42,443 nt of DNA from Verrucomicrobiota bacterium. GTDB taxonomy: Bacteria > Verrucomicrobiota > Verrucomicrobiia > Limisphaerales > UBA8199. The first letter of the stretch is position 1, and each line of letters opens with the position of its first letter. Location: assembly GCA_037130375.1 (NCBI GenBank), contig JBAXTC010000003.1, positions 1-42,443 on the forward strand, written 5' to 3'. Below the pieces are notes generated by a model. It saw only the letters and a program-made list of their open reading frames with translations. It was not told the DNA's origin and did not search any database. A program made the position numbers and the translations under genes. Shown piece after piece: positions 38,681 to 42,443 of the stretch.

Positions 38681-41600
38681 AGTTGTTGTTCCTTATTTTT
38701 ATCGTCGGAAGCCGACAGACTAAAGCTAAATGTGGCCCCCTGCCCAGGCGCGGCGGTGGCCCGGATCGTGCCACCGTGGCGATACACGATGCGCTGCACG
38801 GTGGCCAGACCGATGCCGATGCCCGGGAACTCGTCCTCCCGATGCAGGCGCTGGAAGGGTTGGAAGAGCTTGGCGGCATGCTTCATGTCGAAACCAGCGC
38901 CATTGTCGCGAACGAAGAAGACCGGGGTGTTGGAGTGATGGAGTATTGGAGTATTGGCATTTTGGGCGGGAGCCGCGACTCCATCACAACACTGGTCCAT
39001 TACTCCAACCTCAATCTTCGCCACCGGTTGCCTGGCCGTGTATTTCCAGGCGTTGCCCAGCAGGTTGGCCAGCACCACTTCAATCATGTGCTCGTCGCCC
39101 CGGGCCGTCAGGCCCGACGCCACGGTCCAAGCCACGCGGCGCTCCGGCTCCGCCGCCGTGAGTTCGCCCAGGAGGCGCGCGGCCAGGGTCGAGATATCCA
39201 CCGCGTCGCGCCGCAGCTCGCCCCGCGTGCTGCGCGAGAGCCGCAACAGGCCATCAATCAACTCGCCCATGCGCTGGCTGGCCTGGATGATATGGTTCAG
39301 GAACTCGTGGGCGGCGCCCGGCAGCGCCGCGCCGAAGTCCTCCACCAGGGCCTGGCTGAAACCGTTCATGGCGCGCAGCGGCTGCCGCAAATCGTGCGAG
39401 ACGGCGTAGGCAAAGGCGTCCAATTCCTGATTGGCGGCCTGCAGTTCGGCGGTGCGCTCGACCACGCGCTGCTCCAGGCTGCGATTCAACTCGCGAATCT
39501 CCGACTCCGCCTGCTTGTGCTGCTCCAGCAACCTTGCCAGGGCAAGGTTGCTGTGGCTGAGCGAGGTCATCATACTGGAAAGCGCAAGGTAGAAATCGAA
39601 TGCGACATTGATGGTCTCTCGATCCCAAACCGGGATCCGCCTGACCGCCGCCATGTACTCTTCCTCGTCAAACCCGTATTTCGCGGCTTGGGCGCGAAAG
39701 ACGCTGTCATCGGGCTTCTCGCCTTCGAAGAAGAACTGGCCGGTGAAGAGATTCCCGACATGCTGCCCCCCAATCAGCAGGGGGGTTACGCAGTCCCACA
39801 GATTATTCTTGCACAGATAGGTCTTGAAGGCTCCGGGCGGCACCCCTTTGCTCATCAGGGTGTCGCATTCGAGGCAGTTCTTCAGGGTTTCGGGATGGAC
39901 CCGATGAAACTTCGTGCAAATGTCCTGCCAACCGGTGCCAACCAGAACCTTGCCCTTCAAATCGATGATCGAGTTTGGCACGCGAGTGAGTATGTAAAAC
40001 TTCTCCATCAGGAGTTGGATGGCGTCGGCATCAATTATGTCCGAAAGCTCCAACGAACCCAAGTTGTCCTCCGGGGACAGGATGCTCTGGAGTTTACGCT
40101 GAACGCGCATCTCGCTCTCCCGCAACGTCTCTTCTGCCTGCTTGCGCTCGGTGATGTCGCGATCCATGCCGCGATAGCCGAGCAGAGTCCCCTCGGGTGA
40201 CAGGATGGGCGTGCCACTCGTTTCAACCACAACCAGCCGGCCATCACGGTGCCGGTTGGTGTTCTCCAACCCGGCGAACGGCTCGCGCCGGGCCGCAATC
40301 TGCGCGAAAAGGGCCTGCACGCGCCGGGCCTCGTCTTCCGGCATCAAGTCAAACGGCGTTCGCCCGAGCACTTCCTCCGGCCGGTAGCCGAGCATATCCC
40401 ACACCCGGGGGCTGACGTAGGTGTAGCGGTCTTGCGCGTCCACCTCCCACACCCAGTCAAAGGTCGTCTCCACGAGGGTGTGATAGCGCTCCTCGCTCTC
40501 CCGCAACGACTGGCTCATCTGCTCCGACCGGTTGCGCGCCGCGACGGCATCCTTCATCAGGTTGAGCGCCGCCTGGCGGGATTGGCGCAGGGCATCCTCC
40601 GCCTGCCTGCGCTCGGTGATGTCGCGGCTGACGGTGGCCCAGCCGACGATCTCGCCGCTGGCGTCGCGGACACTGAACAGATAGTAGAACATCCAAATTG
40701 GCTCGCCGGTCTGGAAGTGGCGCAAGCGGATCTCCACGTCGCCGTGGCCCTCCCGCAGCACGCGCGGGAAGAACTCCTCCGCGATGAGCCGCTGGTCCTC
40801 GGGGAAAAAGTAATCCGGCACCTTGACCTGGCAGGCGGCGGCCAGGTCAGGCAGTCCGACCATGCGCAGGCCCGCCGGGTTCACATAGAGCGGCTGCAAG
40901 TCGAGGTCGCACATGCCGATGAATTCGCTGCTGCTGTCGGCCAGCATGACAAACTTCTGCCGCTCCGCCTCCGCCCGCTTGCGCGCGGTGATGTCCGCGA
41001 TGACACCGGTGATCCGCACCGGACGGCCATCCTGGTCCCGCGTAGCGACCTTGCCGTGATCAGAAACCCATTTCCATCCGCCAGACTTGGTGCGCATCCG
41101 GTGCTCGGAATCATAGACCGGCAGGCGCCCTTCGACATGCCCGGTCAAGCGTTCGAGCACGGCCGGCATATCCTCGGGATGGATGTGCTGCTTGAAGAAA
41201 TCCACGGTGGGCTCAACCTCGCCGGGCTGATACTCCAGCAGTTGGGCCCAGCGCTCGCTGTAAACGACCGCGCCGGTTTGGAGACACCAATCCCAACTGC
41301 CCAATTCCCCGCCCTCCAGCGCAAATTCGAGCCGCTGACGGTTCTCCCGCAGCGCCGCCTCCGCCTGTTTGCGCTCGGTGATGTCCTGGATCAAGCCGTC
41401 ATAGCTCAGCAGAGTGCCGTGCTCATCGCGATGGGGGACGAAGGCGTTTCGCACCCAGCGCACCGTTCCGTTTTTTCTGACGATCCGATGTTCGAGGAAC
41501 GGCGGGCTTTCGCCGGCCAGAATCTGCCGCGCCTGTTCCTCCACCTTGGGGCGGTCCTCAGCCAACACCATGCGAAACCACAGGAAGGGGTCGTTGACGA

Positions 41601-42443
41601 ACTCCTGCGCCTGATAGCCGGTGACGGGCAGGCAGCCCGGGCCATGCGTCGTTTCCGCGGCGCGCCCGGCGGCCACGCGCACGGTGTAGATGTAGTCGGT
41701 GATCGTCTCCGCGATCCGTTGGTATCGTTCTTCACTCTCCCGCAGCTCCGCCTCCGCCCGCTTGCGCTCGGTGATGTCCTGGTGGTAGGCCATATAGAAC
41801 GATTGGCCGCCGAGGTGGATCAGGCTGGTGGTGACGCCGAGCGGGAAGCGATGCCCATCCTTGTGGCAATGCTCGACCTCAAACCGGACGACTTCCCCGG
41901 CGTGGATGCGAGGCAGGAGGTCAGCGCGGTCTGTCAGCGTCCGCTCGTTGAGTACATCCAGATGTCGGATATTCCCGCTCTTAAGTTCATCCACCGTATA
42001 ACCGTGCATCTCGGCAAAGGCCCGGTTGATCTCGGATAATTGCCCCTCCAGCGACATGATGATGAGGCCTTCGTTCCCCTGGTCGAACAGGCTGCGGTGG
42101 CGTTGTTCGCTCTCCCGCAGCATCTCCGCCGACTGCGCCTCTTTCTGATAGAACCGGACCCGCTGTTGCCGCCAGACGATACCCACCCCAGCCCCCGCAC
42201 CGAAGAGCAGGAGGCTGACCATGACGATCACCTGCCAGAGTTGCGCGCGTAACGGCGCATCCACTTCCGCGACGTCCCGGCGTGCCACCAGGAACCACGG
42301 CGAATCCGGGACCGCGCGCAACGCGGCCAACACCGGCACGCCCCGGTAGTCGCTGTCGGCCACGATGCCTTCGTGCCCCACCGCGGCCTTCACCGCCAGC
42401 ACGATGGTGTTGGCGAGCGAACTGCGCAGATTCAGCGCGGGCT
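38677..42443 (-). CDS. Multi-sensor histidine kinase: Cache-like/TM, five PAS, PocR, HisKA, HATPase; 5' end lies beyond the window
   Basis: Frame open to the window edge; five DIT(E/A)R PAS ends; PocR GWQDICTKFHR...CKNNLWD; SHDLRQPL; NAWKYT; DNGAGF. Confidence 0.93.
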   Translation of the reverse strand, partial: PALNLRSSLANTIVLAVKAAVGHEGIVADSDYRGVPVLAALRAVPDSPWFLVARRDVAEVDAPLRAQLWQVIVMVSLLLFGAGAGVGIVWRQQRVRFYQKEAQSAEMLRESEQRHRSLFDQGNEGLIIMSLEGQLSEINRAFAEMHGYTVDELKSGNIRHLDVLNERTLTDRADLLPRIHAGEVVRFEVEHCHKDGHRFPLGVTTSLIHLGGQSFYMAYHQDITERKRAEAELRESEERYQRIAETITDYIYTVRVAAGRAAETTHGPGCLPVTGYQAQEFVNDPFLWFRMVLAEDRPKVEEQARQILAGESPPFLEHRIVRKNGTVRWVRNAFVPHRDEHGTLLSYDGLIQDITERKQAEAALRENRQRLEFALEGGELGSWDWCLQTGAVVYSERWAQLLEYQPGEVEPTVDFFKQHIHPEDMPAVLERLTGHVEGRLPVYDSEHRMRTKSGGWKWVSDHGKVATRDQDGRPVRITGVIADITARKRAEAERQKFVMLADSSSEFIGMCDLDLQPLYVNPAGLRMVGLPDLAAACQVKVPDYFFPEDQRLIAEEFFPRVLREGHGDVEIRLRHFQTGEPIWMFYYLFSVRDASGEIVGWATVSRDITERRQAEDALRQSRQAALNLMKDAVAARNRSEQMSQSLRESEERYHTLVETTFDWVWEVDAQDRYTYVSPRVWDMLGYRPEEVLGRTPFDLMPEDEARRVQALFAQIAARREPFAGLENTNRHRDGRLVVVETSGTPILSPEGTLLGYRGMDRDITERKQAEETLRESEMRVQRKLQSILSPEDNLGSLELSDIIDADAIQLLMEKFYILTRVPNSIIDLKGKVLVGTGWQDICTKFHRVHPETLKNCLECDTLMSKGVPPGAFKTYLCKNNLWDCVTPLLIGGQHVGNLFTGQFFFEGEKPDDSVFRAQAAKYGFDEEEYMAAVRRIPVWDRETINVAFDFYLALSSMMTSLSHSNLALARLLEQHKQAESEIRELNRSLEQRVVERTAELQAANQELDAFAYAVSHDLRQPLRAMNGFSQALVEDFGAALPGAAHEFLNHIIQASQRMGELIDGLLRLSRSTRGELRRDAVDISTLAARLLGELTAAEPERRVAWTVASGLTARGDEHMIEVVLANLLGNAWKYTARQPVAKIEVGVMDQCCDGVAAPAQNANTPILHHSNTPVFFVRDNGAGFDMKHAAKLFQPFQRLHREDEFPGIGIGLATVQRIVYRHGGTIRATAAPGQGATFSFSLSASDDKNKEQQL
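38924..39009. repeat. Inverted octamer-repeat element inside the kinase coding sequence
   Basis: ggggtgtt ggagtgat ggagtatt ggagtatt ... actccatc acaacact ggtccatt actccaac. Confidence 0.7.

Overview
Bacterial chromosomal window, most consistent with a Verrucomicrobia/PVC-type genome (PEP-CTERM protein, prepilin-type protein with a C-terminal DGH motif, TGGAGTGC-type palindromes). This taxonomic call is an inference. The backbone is a long, mostly minus-strand housekeeping run: sppA, upp, M24 peptidase, RpoD-family sigma, apt, ogg, sugar isomerase, grpE, dnaJ, rsmE, ECF sigma/anti-sigma, pilT, pilU, hypotheticals, pilin-like protein, ABC exporter, gyrB, gyrA, lepB and bioB. A PAS/PocR two-component cluster sits at the right end. 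Four accessory inserts interrupt the backbone. (1) A hipBA-like module lies between two 95-bp direct repeats, next to tandem NrdR-like boxes upstream of gyrB. (2) A 4.7-kb island (13154-17853) holds a decayed integron that the ORF track does not show: an intI remnant, a candidate Pc promoter, attI, two intact and two half attC sites, and four cassettes including a PEP-CTERM protein. The island also holds a dense mosaic of short toxin-antitoxin/defence gene fragments. (3) A midA / DUF4258-DUF2283 unit is duplicated, with reciprocal decay, on either side of the ECF sigma pair. (4) A REP-like repeat cluster is followed by a second fragment mosaic (HigA, PIN, ImmA/IrrE, kinase tail). All family assignments come from motif recognition by eye; no database searches were run.
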